Positions 18,180-30,478 of a stretch of DNA of 64,000 nt are shown here, in pieces. Location of the stretch: the IMG/VR virus record IMGVR_UViG_3300023174_000078, positions 32,001 through 96,000 of that record; one strand, given 5' to 3'. The notes beneath the pieces are model-generated. The model worked only from the letters and a program-made list of their open reading frames with translations, was not told where the DNA came from and searched no databases. The position numbers and the translations under genes were made by a program. This stretch comes from a virus. Positions within the stretch are counted from its first letter, which is position 1; each line of letters starts with the position of its first letter.

Positions 18180-18350
18180 GAGCGTGTGGCGGAATTAGAC
18201 GCGGCCTCTGGAAGCCGAATCCTTTGATGCATCGGGGACCGGATGAAAAGTATAGCGTAAGGGGACTGACATCAGATTTTAAATCTGTAAGGCCCGATAA
18301 GCGATGAAAACACAAGCTAGCAATTGCAGGTTCCAATCCTGCCACGCTCA
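18180..18350 (+). ncRNA. 171-nt tRNA-like RNA with large internal insertion
   Basis: Acceptor GAGCGTG/CACGCTC-A; Leu-type D region TGGCGGAATTAGACGC; T arm GCAGG-TTCCAAT-CCTGC; about 120 nt between D and T arms. Confidence 0.7.
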
Positions 18351-18375
18351 CCTCTTTATTAAGCAATAACCAAAC

Positions 18376-20054
18376 ATGAAAATAAAGATAAAAAGATCAC
18401 ACCCGCATTATGCGGCAAAGGTGGTACGCCACCGTGGACCAGGTAACGGATTCAAAATTAAATACCGCGACGGTTCCCTTTCCCCGGAAACATACGCAAT
18501 GCGCGCTGGTGCGCAAAACATGATAAATGGAACCTTCGGAAGTGTAGGTGGAATCTCTTAACAAAATAAAACTATGGCATCACAAAAATCACTAGTACTT
18601 GCCGTCGTCGCTGTACGCGACAAACTTGAACTGCTACGCAAGCGGATATTAGAATACGAAGACTATCTGCGAAAAGCTGACGCCAGCGAAGAAAGCAAAG
18701 AGTTCTGGACACACCAATTGAGTTACGTCAAAAATCTCATCCAAGAATACCGCGCAGCGGAAACTGACCTTCTAAATAGCTGATATGACAAATAACGCAA
18801 AGCTAGCGATTGCGAGCACAATTGCGAATGTGCCTATATTGATAGCACTCGCTTTATCCCTTTCCCAGGAACCTACCCAGGAAGAAACTTTCGACCGCGT
18901 TTCAAAGTATGCGCTTGCATATGAAGAAGCCGTCGATAAAGAAGAGTACATGACTCGAATTTACGAAGATATCAAAAGTATTGATGAGAGCAGTCTACCA
19001 CCTGCGCTCAGGACTTTTGTGATTAACGTAAAGGTAAGTCAGTTCTGTAAATAATAAACGGCCCAGTGATGGAAAGGTAGACATAGCAGACTTAAAATCT
19101 GCTGCTTTAACAAGCGTGCCGGTTCGAATCCGGCCTGGGCTACCACCGAGGAATAACCGCACATGCGTGTTATTTCTTTAATTATCAAATAGTCATGACC
19201 CAAGAAACCGATTCTAATACTAAGATACCTGAAATTGAGACAATCTTCAATCAATTGAATGCCATAGATTTCACTCTAGCGCAGCTGGCAATTGATCTCA
19301 AAGATCCTGACAAACGCCAAGAGATTGGCATCAGGCTTGTCGAAAATATTAACGAGGCATTCTCAAAGGGCCTCGAATTTGCTGATGTGAAAGTGAAAAG
19401 CAAAGCCGGTATGGCAACTGTTTCATTCAAATTCTCGGCATCCGCTTTAGCTAAAAAGAATACATAGTGTATGCGTTACTTCTGTTTACCTCGTGAGATC
19501 GTAGAAGCTATTCAAAATTTCGCGCCTGTTAAAGAAGTGTATCGCCCAGTTACATTCGTATTGAAAGACGGATCTATACGTGCCGACGTAACTGTAATAA
19601 ATTGTGAATTCTGCGCAATGGACGAGTCAAGGCACAAATATTTTGAACCTAGTGAAATTGTTTTAGCTGTTGAAAATTGAAAATTTATTTTTTCCACTTG
19701 CTTACTTTATAAATCTCGCCATCATTAAAAATCAATCCTGGATGAATTCAGTTACGATTCCAGCACGATCTAAACCCAAAAAACACACAACTAGATATGA
19801 AAAGAAAGACATTGCCTGAAATTATCAAGGGACTTGAGCCGCTTGAAGCCAACATTAAAAGAGTGCGCACAAAGGCCCGCAAAAGCCTCTGGGATGAATT
19901 CTTCGGATCGCTTGTTAGCGGCGACTCCTTTGAGATCGAGGCGCTGGAAGTTAACACAGTCAAAGCGCATGCAGAAAAGCATGGTTTTGAATTGCGGCAC
20001 AAGAAAACTGAAGGCGATAAAGTTATCGCTCAAGTGCTTACAGCTGACGCTTAA
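18376..20054 (+). other. Run of small hypothetical ORFs (18376, 18574, 18785, 19195, 19471, 19797)
   Basis: Co-oriented 61-90 aa ORFs with AT-rich upstream regions. Confidence 0.5.
19060..19145 (+). tRNA. tRNA-Leu(TAA)
   Basis: GCAGA-CTTAAAA-TCTGC arm; long variable arm; CCA. Confidence 0.95.
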
Positions 20055-20073
20055 ACATTAGTCAGTACGTCCG

Positions 20074-20104
20074 GGGCTACCACTTAATTGTGGTAGCCCT
20101 TTTT
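20074..20104 (+). terminator. Rho-independent terminator
   Basis: GGGCTACCAC/GTGGTAGCCC plus T5. Confidence 0.8.
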
Positions 20105-20130
20105 ATTTATGTATCAAATCTCAAACAAAC

Positions 20131-20703
20131 ATGACAACAGACGAAATTAAAACTGAAATTGATAAAGCATTAGCCGGAGACAGAACGGTGATGCTTAAAG
20201 GCTACAAGAGTTCGGATGGTTCCGTAAAAGACTATGTAGTGCTCTTACTGCCTGATGATGGCTACAAAAATTTGGTAAAGCTCAGTCAGGAAAAGCTGAA
20301 TAGAGAACCTGAGTTTTTTATGAATGAACTTAGACCTGCTGACGCTGATATAGGTGAGTGGGCTACAGCAGTCACAGAGCAAATAGCTAGTTTTACCAAG
20401 AGTATGAGTGATGAAAAGCCTGCACGCGACATGCAGTTCAAGAACCCAACAGTTAAACAAGGTGGTATGCATTTCTACCAGAATGAGCTGGAAGCTGGAA
20501 ACACGAATACTGTTATTATTAAACATGTGCAGGTGCTCTCTACGACCAATCACACACCTGACAAGGAAGTGAAAGAACCTAAAGGGAACATTCCAAGGTA
20601 CAAGAATCTGATCCGGTCTAAATTACCAATCAGTCAGTACGTAGGGCAATTCAACCTATCCCCGGATAAGGTGGAGATCGTGAAATCCCTTTTCATGCCT
20701 TGA
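20131..20703 (+). CDS. Hypothetical protein
   Basis: 190-aa ORF. Confidence 0.65.
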   Translation: MTTDEIKTEIDKALAGDRTVMLKGYKSSDGSVKDYVVLLLPDDGYKNLVKLSQEKLNREPEFFMNELRPADADIGEWATAVTEQIASFTKSMSDEKPARDMQFKNPTVKQGGMHFYQNELEAGNTNTVIIKHVQVLSTTNHTPDKEVKEPKGNIPRYKNLIRSKLPISQYVGQFNLSPDKVEIVKSLFMP

Positions 20704-20719
20704 TATAGTAGCCCTGCGC

Positions 20720-20738
20720 GTGTTATATAAATTTGTAG
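20720..20738 (+). promoter_or_regulatory. Recurrent promoter-like motif, copy 4 (downstream box only)
   Basis: GTGTTATATAAATTTGTAG. Confidence 0.55.
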
Positions 20739-20756
20739 CGCAGCGCGCTATTTATC

Positions 20757-23700
20757 ATGAAACTACAACATTATCATGCGAAAAGTTTACTGTCCTTAAC
20801 ACATGAAGGGCAGGCAACTGGAAATCGAATCTGTCAAATCCTGACAGATGTTGACGCTTTCAAAAGCGTTAAGAATATTAATTTGGCAAATCCAGCGGGG
20901 ATTGGCTATAGGGCAAACCACGAATCACTCTTGCTCCACAGCGCAATAGCTGCTGTGGATTACGCGGAGGAATCCGCGACGGAACTAATCCAAGTGACAT
21001 CCCGGCGAAAGATGCCCGTGACAGACGCGTATATAAATCTAGCACTTAAGGCCCAAGAGCTGGGTTCTCGTTTGTACCGTAACATGTGGGAGATCGCATT
21101 GTCGGACAGAGACAGAAAGGCAATGCGTCAGCTGGTAAACCGGATTGCGCAGATATCGGTCTGGGAAGACCTTCCAGCGCCAGTATGCGGCCTTTCATAT
21201 GATGAAGTAGTCAATGAGATGACTGGCGTGATTGCTTATAATCACGCATACGGTATAAGTTTTGTTGAGTACAAGAACGGTTTGGCTGCGACTGGGTGGA
21301 CTGTTTTGCGGCCCGCATTGGAAGAAATAGTTACCCTAGCCCGTTCTGAAATGGAATTGGCGTCGGCACTTTTAATGCCAACAACATGAGCCAAACAACG
21401 CAAGTTGCTAAACAAAAAACGGAGAAAGCATTACGTAAGGCCGTAGCGGGCAGTGTGTTATGCGCGGCTCTTGCGCATCCCGACAGGATGCATCCGGCTA
21501 TTGTAGGTAGCATTGTTAAACGCGTAGCAGGTCAACTGCTCGCGCAATTCGATATCAAACCCAAACGCAAACACAGCGCGCTTGTCCGGTGATTCCGGGC
21601 AAGCGCTTTTCTTTAGCACATATGCTTCCTTCAAATCCATTCAATATGCTTTTGGACAAGTTCCAAAACAGTCAAGAGCAGGCCAATATTTTTATTGGTG
21701 TTTATTTAAATAAAACAGGGCACATACGCATTATGCGTGATAGTGCCGGTAAATTGATCTGGTACAAATCGGTAGCCATTCTGCACGCGGAGTTTCTCCG
21801 TTGTATGACGACCAATCCCCAAGAGTTTCAAGCCTGTGATTTCTACGCAATTAGTGGACCGCGTTATACTGGTGATAAGCTGCTGCTAAATTTGTATGAA
21901 ACTGCAAAAATAAAAGTAACTTCAACTATGCTGCTTATTTTTAATGCAGTTGAGTTGGACTTTCACAGAAAGGCAAGTGTGGGTATGTACATGCCTCTTC
22001 AGTTTAATTTAGATAACCTTTATGCTAAGGTTCAAAAAGATCCTAGCGTTTTATTCGAGGTCGCAGCCCGTGCCAAACATTTGATCTTTAACGAAAGCAA
22101 GCCGTGCGTTTCGTGCGGTATCCTCTGCCATGTCCCGGATATTACAGGGCATCCAGGTGTTTCCTCTTTAGCGCACAAAGAATTAATGCTTATCGAAGAG
22201 GAAAACAAGAATTTCTGTTTTGATTGCGGTAAAACTCTCATCGCGAACACAGCGAAATATAAGATGTTAAGCTGCAGTGACTTTAATAAAGTGAATACTG
22301 TTACAGCCTTGGTTGCTGATATTGAAAAGTTAAGTGCGTTTGATACGCCTTTTGATTTTGATAAAGCGCAAAATATCCTGCGCGAAATCATGCAGCATAC
22401 AAGCAAAAGCAGCATGCTTATTTTAGACGGCGACACCGTTATAAGACAGGAAAAACCAAAAAGTGATGTATTGATGAATATCAAGAATGCAGCTGTTACC
22501 AAGCCGTCTGAAATTCCACCCTATATGAATTAGCATGAGCACCATTACAACTGAACTCTTTAATTTTGGCGAAGAACTCGCGCCAAGTATCCAGCCTAAT
22601 AATACGACGTCGTTCCTACTGTCTGATGATGAATGTGCGTTTGTGCATGCGCTCAACCTGCAAAGTTCTTCGCTTAAAACAATGTTAATCAGCATTGTGT
22701 CTGCTGCAGAGGAGCAAATGGAACAACAGACTAAAGTTCTAGGTGCACTCAGAGATCAATTCATAACTGCACTAGCTAAAAAGCATAACATTGTTATTCA
22801 GGAAGATGGAGATTTTGACATCGACCTCCCGAATAAACTTATGCTGTACAAGCCCAAGAAAGAAAAAGAGTAAGCGCTTTTAAAGTATATTGAGAAATGC
22901 TTGTGCCTAGTTAATTAAAGATCGCGGGAGGCGATCTGAATTCTCAAACCTCCCAACCTTTTTATGATCGAGAAAACTAGCAGTAGAATTCAGTGCAAAG
23001 CTTGCGACTGGACTGGATTAATGAAAGACCTGCTTTCTGCAGGCAATCCTTTTAATGTTGAAGAAACCATATTCGGTTGCCCGGAGTGTAATCAATGTAC
23101 AGCGGGATTTGATAATTTATGCTGTCTGCATGACTGCAAAGAATTAGCGGTTTGTGGTTTCCCCACAACCACTAATGGATATTTATTTACTTGTCACGAG
23201 CATTACAGAGGATATAAGGACACTTAGACTATAAAAACACGACTATGATCACAACACAAGAAACAAAGATTGATTGGAGCAAGCCAGTTCAAACCAAAGA
23301 AACACCGCCGCGTAAGGTGCGTATCTTAACGACTGAAGCGCTTGGTTACTATCCCGTTGTCGGTAATATTGAAGGTGATGATACGTATCGCACTTTTACG
23401 ATTGACGGCAGTTACCGTGGCGGAATAATAGATGAATTTGACCTCGAAAACACCCCAACATGGAAACTCCCAGAACCACCACCAAACCAGCAATGGCATC
23501 GAGTGGACGGTTGGATCGAAGAGATGCTTCCGGCTGGGTGTAGGCCGTTGCTTAGAGGCGAGGCTATGGTGGATGGTGATGAGTACGGGGACGCCTACAA
23601 GCTACCCGATGGATCGCCACCACATCGTTGGTCTACCTTCCCAGGCCTACGATCAACTACCACGCATATGCGCACCAAACGCCCTCTTCCGCAGCCCGTT

Positions 23701-26700
23701 GATCCCTGGGCTGCTGAAAAAGCTGCTTTTGCGGCTGGGGAGACGATTCAGCATAAGCCAATATTACATCCAGATGTAGCTTGGAAGAATACTTCTGTCC
23801 CCATTTGGGCCGATGATAGCATTTACCGAATCAAACCAAAGCCCATCCGCGTTCCCCTTGGGCCGGAGGATGTTCCACCTGGAACGGTGATTCGGCTTCA
23901 AGAAGGAAACTGGAAAATTATTATTGGAGTTACATCCGAAGGCGTTCACACGCTTGAACATGGACTAATCGAATATGGTTTGCTTAATAATAACACCTGG
24001 CAAATCAAACGCCCCACCGACACAGAGTGGCAACCCTGCTACAAGGAGGTCGAACAGCCATGACAATAGCAGAACTATGTAAACAGTTGGGAGACATTGC
24101 GGCAGAAAATCCGAGAGGTATGGATGCCGAAGTTGTTATTTGGTTACGTTCGCGTAAAGCAATAGAACATTTAGCTATTCTAAATATATCGCACGCCGAA
24201 GTGGGGTACAGGCAGAGTTTGGGTGGTTCGATTGCCTGCATATGTGCATCTCTAGATGTCCCGCAAGAACCGCCAACGACCCCCAAACAATAATATATGA
24301 GTGGCACACCAAGAACAGATGCGGCAGTTCAGGCTTACTATGATACAGGGCAATCCTTCTCCGTGGTAGAGCCGGAACTAGCTCGGCAACTTGAGCGCGA
24401 GCTCAACGAAGCCAACGCCGACAGGCTGCGGTTGCGGGCCGTCCTTCAATCAATAGACCTATCGCCTTGTGACGGAGGATCGTGTCAGGTTGCGACAGAT
24501 GCTGATGATTATATTCAGGCAGCGCTCGCAACCACATCCGCACCCGCGCCAGTAGTCGCAAAAGCTGATGCGGATGCGTTGGCTGAGGAGCTTTACGAAT
24601 CAATGGCCCTGAATATCAATGTATTTTCAGATGCCGATACGGAGACGTGTAGCTATTACTCTGAGCACAAAAAGGTTATAAAAGACGCAAAAGCAGCACT
24701 TGAAACCTACCACGCCAAATACCCAAAGTCGTGACAACTGAAGAACATCTAGCTAAAATTAAGTCCAAATGCCGGGAGATACTGGAGCTATCAAAAGCCC
24801 GTACTCCCGGTGAGTGGAAGATCAATAAGAGTGTCAAGGGTACATTCGTTAGGCGCGCTGATCCATACAAAGTGGGTGAGCCAAATGACGTATGTAGAAT
24901 TTGGAATTGCTCAAGAAGTGAAGGTAACGCAGCATACATAGCTGCATCTGCAGAAGTATTAGAAGCTAGTTGTCGGTCCACTATTGCGGCCATTGAGGGG
25001 CTGCAGTACATGACTCCTGGTATGAGTCAGACAGAGACTATCAAACAAATTATGGCCGCATGGCCCGAGGAATTACTATGAAACCAGAACAACAACGAAT
25101 AGCAATCGCGGAAGCGTGTGGGTGGAAGCAATGTCAGTGGAACGGAGCCTACAATACATACAAGGGCGTTCCACCTGTCCGCCCCTCAGTGTTTCAGGAT
25201 ATTCCCGATTACCTCAACGACCTCAACGCCATGCACGAAGCGGAAAAGGTAATAGCCGGAAGTTTCCAGTGGAACAAGTATACGGAAGTCCTTGCGAATA
25301 TTTGCCATTGGAATAAGAAAAGTCACGATACGAGGACGATGGCGAACATTGTTTGTTCGGCCACCGCATCCCAACGCGCCGAAGCATTCCTTAAAACATT
25401 AGGGCTTTGGAAATAATAATTAACATACACAGTATCCCCCATGAACGAAACACTAGAACCCTACGTTAAGAAGATGTTAGACGGCGGACTCAAAACCGCT
25501 GAAGATGTTGCTAAATTTATTGAAGTACAGACGCCCGAGTTGGGTAAAGAGATCATTGTATGGGGTGCCGCTTCCGAAATGGTGGCACCTATCATCAGCT
25601 TAATAGCTATTGGGTTAACGGTGGTTGTGCATTTTAAATACAAGCGTGCTGACTGGTATTGTGACTGGACGGATGAAATGCCGTTTGCCGTTGCTAATGG
25701 TATATTGTTTCTGATATCGAACATGATATTCTGGGTAAATATCATGGACGTTGTATACCCGCTTGTGGCACCTCGCCTGTTTATCCTTGAAAAGGTTAGT
25801 TCATTAATTAAATAAGCACATGGCAAATCAAAATACACCGCCTCCGGCAATGGAATCCATTGATCAATTTGTTAATTGGGCTGTAGAGACAGCGCAAGTA
25901 AAAGGTCCCAAGATTGTGGACTGGCTTTATGCCGAGGTACCAGAAGTTGTTGCGCAATTTCTAGCATGGAGCTTTGCGGAAAGTTTCATATCTTTCATTA
26001 CAAGTGCATTCTTTATTTTCATTTATCCTATTTTGTATTTTTACATAGTTAAAAAAATCTATGTGCGATGTGAAGTAGGTAAGATGCGGGATCAGTCAAA
26101 CTTCTGGGGCGGCTGTGGCTTCCTCGGTATCAGTACCTTTGGTATTTCACAAATAGTAAGCTGGAATTCTATTAATTTGACTTGGTTACAGGTTTGGCTT
26201 GCGCCGAAGGTGTTTCTATTGGAAACGTTTGCGAACGTAGTCAAATAACATGAGCATATTTCAGAAACTGATATACAATATATTTCTTAAGGTATTAAAT
26301 CCGTACTTCACCAGACATCCCGGGGCGCTCATACCGATTATGTTCTCGCTGCAGGATCAACTTAAGAAAGCTGGATTTACTGATGAGGAACTGAGCAGAA
26401 TAAGGAAAGCATATGACCGCCGAAAAACATACAGGTAAAGTGACGAAATTTTTTGTTTCTCTCACTGCATTTTTAATTATAACTGCAACAGCGTGTGCTT
26501 TTGTTTTTAGTTTGTATTCCGCTGCATACTTGACTGCTCGGCTCAAAGTAAACATCGACACGGGAAGTAAGGAGGAACGCTTAGTAAGGGCTATTGAACA
26601 ACTACCTGATTGCGCGTTAAAAAGTAATTGTTACGTTGTACTAGCCGCTGAATACGGCAAGGACAGTGATGAGTTGAATGACCTGTTAAACGCATATGCG

Positions 26701-27471
26701 GAGATGAAATTACAAGATTTGAAAGCGTCACAATGATGCGGTATGCGTGCTTTAAAGATTGAGTTACGGAATTATTGTGTTGAGATTGCTATACATGATT
26801 TGCCAGTGCCTAAAAAAGCGCAGTATCAAGGTGATATTCATGATGCTATGCACAAACAGATCAAAGGTTGGATGGATCCAAATAGGTCCACGCCATGGTA
26901 TGTGTGTGGTAATGTGGGTTACATACATGGAATATTGTTTGATAGTGATTTAGAGGTTGTTGTACGTAATGAGCGTGACGAAGTAATAGACAGCTTTAAG
27001 GGAGCTGATTGTTTTGAGCAGACATTCACAAAATACATATACTCCGCACAGCCATTTAAGTTACACCGTGGGTACACCACAGGTGGAAGAGTTACAGGAA
27101 TGGAAGTGAGGAAAGAAGGAGTAGCTAATTGCCTCATTAAATTACCCGCATACGCTCCCCCGTATTCCCGGGATAGCTTGCATTTATTATTAACGAAGGT
27201 AAGCAACATAGAGTCAGTTGATGAAAATTCATCTTACTATAAACGTGCCCATGCTTTTGTTGTTGATACGGGTGTGCTATCCTACAAAGGATCCGAATTT
27301 AATAATTACTTGATACCTTACGAAACAGACTTACAGGCGACAGAGCAAAAGCAACAACACCTATTTGCGGGCGCGTGGTTGCATGTAAAACCAAAGACAT
27401 ACACCGAAGCCAACCCAAAAGACTGTGATAGTTTGCGTAAATTGTATATTTCTAAAAAAGAATTTGTGTGA
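20757..27471 (+). other. Cluster of about 15 co-oriented hypothetical phage ORFs
   Basis: Tightly packed or overlapping + strand ORFs (20757, 21386, 21589, 22535, 22964, 23245, 24060, 24297, 24731, 25078, 25441, 25820, 26250, 26413, 26743); no recognised catalytic motifs. Confidence 0.55.
25441..26248 (+). CDS. Two tandem paralogous small membrane proteins (25441..25815 and 25820..26248)
   Basis: Shared pattern (Q/E)xPE..(W) + two TM segments + L.AP(R/K).F.LE. Confidence 0.65.
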
Positions 27472-27495
27472 ATAGCAGCTTCAGCATGCGCCTAA

Positions 27496-27531
27496 ATGTC
27501 CGGGGGCCGATTAATTTCTGCTCCCGGACAT
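27496..27531 (+). terminator. Hairpin / probable terminator
   Basis: ATGTCCGGGGGC/GCTCCCGGACAT, intergenic. Confidence 0.5.
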
Positions 27532-27641
27532 ATAATTTGTTTGCGTGTGTATAATTTGTGTTTACTATGCTTTATTAATGGATAGCTAAAAAAGAGGCAT
27601 AAACACTATTAGCGTATAAATATTTAACAGTAATTATTTTA

Positions 27642-28589
27642 ATGTCCGATTCATCTTTTGTTCAATCTTTACAGCAACTAGTCCGCAAGAATGAAGGAAG
27701 ACCTCATTCGCAGGCTGAAGTACTGCGGGAGCTGGATCAGCGTTACTTGGATACATTTAATTTGAGTGTAGAACCATTGGGGAAGAAAAACCTGATTTAC
27801 TTTACTCTTAATTATAATTTAGAGTATATTGATTTATTTATTTATTGTTTGCGTTCTATTGTTAATAAAGACAGACCTGATTTATTTGATTTATTGATTA
27901 TATGTCCTCCTTTGTTTGAAACAACGATTAATGAATTAATTGAGGCGCGTAACATAGACCTGAAAGGATTTAAATTAATGTTTCATCATGTGGATGAAGC
28001 GGTTGATGGTATCGAGGCTTCTATGAATAAACTGAAGATATACCAATTCAAAGATATAAACGCATACGGAAAGATATTATTCCTTGATGTTGATATTATG
28101 GCTGTAGAACCAGTCAGTAATTTATTCAAACTTGATGTAGACCCGAATAAATTACACGCAGCTATTCATTCTACGACCTTGCATTTACATAATACTAAGT
28201 ACCACAGGCTAGTGGATTATGACGCTGGTAAGATGAATGAATTTAGGGATGCTGGTATATATGCCTTTAATGCTGGGCAGTTTTTATTTAACAATAGTGC
28301 GAGGATGCTGCAGCATATGCGTAATGTGGATTGGTTATCCTCCACATGGCCCGGTGAATATTTCTTCGAACAATCTTATTTAAACCACTATTTTAATTGG
28401 TACGGCATTTCTGATATAGACTTGCTAGATAACTGCGTTAAATTCGAGGCTGTCCATTTAAACAATAAAGTAGGATTTAATTGGCAAATTAAATTGAATT
28501 ACTCTATTATACACTTTGCTGGGCATGCATGTGATGCGGGCAAGAAAATAGAATACATTCGTAACTTTCATCTTGAATTAATTAATTAA
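27642..28589 (+). CDS. Glycosyltransferase, GT8-like
   Basis: KILFLDVDI, FNAGQF, EQSYLN, IIHFAG. Confidence 0.8.
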   Translation: MSDSSFVQSLQQLVRKNEGRPHSQAEVLRELDQRYLDTFNLSVEPLGKKNLIYFTLNYNLEYIDLFIYCLRSIVNKDRPDLFDLLIICPPLFETTINELIEARNIDLKGFKLMFHHVDEAVDGIEASMNKLKIYQFKDINAYGKILFLDVDIMAVEPVSNLFKLDVDPNKLHAAIHSTTLHLHNTKYHRLVDYDAGKMNEFRDAGIYAFNAGQFLFNNSARMLQHMRNVDWLSSTWPGEYFFEQSYLNHYFNWYGISDIDLLDNCVKFEAVHLNNKVGFNWQIKLNYSIIHFAGHACDAGKKIEYIRNFHLELIN

Positions 28590-28595
28590 TTAATT

Positions 28596-29222
28596 ATGTC
28601 AAACTACATACTATCCCATTGTAACTTTATCCACATTCCTAAATGTGGAGGTTCAGCATTAAATAATACTTTCCATAGGCTAGGTTTAGTTACCGATCCA
28701 GATAAACAGATGTTAAAGGAGCCGCATTACGGACATCTATTCCCATGTCAGATGCCTGAGAGCGAGAATCCGTACTTTGCATTTGTTAGGCATCCTGCTT
28801 CGTGGTGGTTGTCTTATTACCACTTCAACATGAACACAGAACATTCGCGGTTTTCAGCTGCGGAACTCTCCACGACTTCATTTGATGAATGGGTGCGTGA
28901 CTACGGTCCTTTTTGGTTGGGATTTTATTCTAAAATAGTGCAGCGCTATTTGGGCCGCGATCCCAATTTTCCGGCGAGTTCTAAAATAGAGTTAATCGGA
29001 CGCACTGAGTATTTATTCAGTGATTTACGCCGCATCTTTAATGTTATAGGACAACCATACAATTCAAATGTACTGCGTGATTTAATTTCTGGTAAACTTA
29101 AACTAAATGATAAACAGGCAAACAGGCAGGACTATGATCATACAGACATGTCCCAAGCATCCCGGGAAATAATCTTTGAGTGTGAACAACCCGTTTACAG
29201 GATGTTCAGCTATAAAATGTAA
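28596..29222 (+). CDS. Sulfotransferase (family 2-like)
   Basis: PAPS-binding motifs FIHIPKCGGS and FVRHP..WWLSYY. Confidence 0.8.
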   Translation: MSNYILSHCNFIHIPKCGGSALNNTFHRLGLVTDPDKQMLKEPHYGHLFPCQMPESENPYFAFVRHPASWWLSYYHFNMNTEHSRFSAAELSTTSFDEWVRDYGPFWLGFYSKIVQRYLGRDPNFPASSKIELIGRTEYLFSDLRRIFNVIGQPYNSNVLRDLISGKLKLNDKQANRQDYDHTDMSQASREIIFECEQPVYRMFSYKM

Positions 29223-29224
29223 TT

Positions 29225-29953
29225 ATGGAAGCATATGATCCGTTATTAATGGGGAATTGGCATCATGATATTGTCATTAATGCTGCTGTTAGAACGCGCG
29301 ATTTATCGCCAGCATACAATGACAGATCTACAACCAGTAAAGAAGGCTTGGCTAAAGAAATAAAGGACATATACGGAGAAGCATTAAAAGATAAGAATGT
29401 ATTGGATATTGCCTGTAATGCGGGCGGTCATTTGTATGCGTTAAACAGATTTGGTATTAATTCCGGGTTTGGCTTTGATGCGCGGTCCTTATGGATACAG
29501 CAAGCGCATTGGTTAAAAAGGAATATAGATATTCCGTGTGATAACCTGACATTCGTGGAAGGTAGCTTTGATGTACTGCAAGACTTTGAAGACAGACATT
29601 TTCATTTGTCTTTGTTTAACGGGATATTCTATCACTTAGCCGATCCTATAACGCAGCTAGCTAAAGTAGCGGAAAAGACATCTGAGTTGCTTGTTATTAA
29701 TACTGCTTATGCGCCTCAGCACTCTGCAGGTCCTCCTGCGTTAATATTCAAAATGGAGGATGCGTCTATTGAAACAGGTTTAAGTGGTCTGGATGGATTA
29801 TCTTGGCTTCCTAGTGGTGAATATGTTCTTTACCGTATTCTTAAACATATGGGCTTTCCATATGCGCAGCTCATGTTCAAAAGTCCTAAGACCAATCGCC
29901 TAGCTGTTATTGCGGCACGCGAGGAAGGTTTACTAACTATTGCTGATGTATGA
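29225..29953 (+). CDS. Class I SAM-dependent methyltransferase
   Basis: VLDIACNAGG, GIFYHLADP. Confidence 0.8.
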   Translation: MEAYDPLLMGNWHHDIVINAAVRTRDLSPAYNDRSTTSKEGLAKEIKDIYGEALKDKNVLDIACNAGGHLYALNRFGINSGFGFDARSLWIQQAHWLKRNIDIPCDNLTFVEGSFDVLQDFEDRHFHLSLFNGIFYHLADPITQLAKVAEKTSELLVINTAYAPQHSAGPPALIFKMEDASIETGLSGLDGLSWLPSGEYVLYRILKHMGFPYAQLMFKSPKTNRLAVIAAREEGLLTIADV

Positions 29954-30456
29954 CCCCGCCAGTGCTATGGTTGTATGGTTTATCTGGGAGCGGTAAAACG
30001 ACTGTTTCTCGCTATGCGCAGTATATCATTAACTCGTGGCACGCACCCGTGATTGTATTAGATGCAGATGTATTGAGAAAAGATTACTGGCCTGAGATAG
30101 GATTAACCAAGAGTGCCCGGCTAGAGAATACACGGCGTATCGCTAAATTAGCGAAGACTTATAAAGATCTGAATATTGCTGTATTGGTAGCTGCGTGTGC
30201 GCCGTTCCAGGAACAAAGAGAGGATGTACTTCGTTTATTACCTGACACTAAGTTTGTTTACATGGACACACCATTAGACATATGCCGGGAGCGTAAACCT
30301 TACACATATAAAGATCCGGCGAGATCAGTTACTTCGGTAGAGCACACACCACCCCCTTGGGCAACTATAGACGGTAAACAAGATATCGACTCGATTCTTA
30401 CCGCGACTTCAGTCATCTTAGAGCGATGGCTTCCCTTTCAAATTTCAAGTACCTAG
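29950..30456 (+). CDS. cysC: Adenylyl-sulfate (APS) kinase-like protein
   Basis: LWLYGLSGSGKTT, LDADVLR, RLENTRRIAKLAK, VYMDTPLDIC. Confidence 0.8.
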   Translation: MTPPVLWLYGLSGSGKTTVSRYAQYIINSWHAPVIVLDADVLRKDYWPEIGLTKSARLENTRRIAKLAKTYKDLNIAVLVAACAPFQEQREDVLRLLPDTKFVYMDTPLDICRERKPYTYKDPARSVTSVEHTPPPWATIDGKQDIDSILTATSVILERWLPFQISST

Positions 30457-30478
30457 AGGTACGAACAAACAACAAATA

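Noticed and set aside
18058-18366. 102-aa minus-strand ORF
   Set aside because: Antisense to the tRNA-like RNA; VAGLEPA is the typical translation of a reversed T arm
19039-19254. 71-aa minus-strand ORF
   Set aside because: Antisense shadow of tRNA-Leu (AGFEPA)
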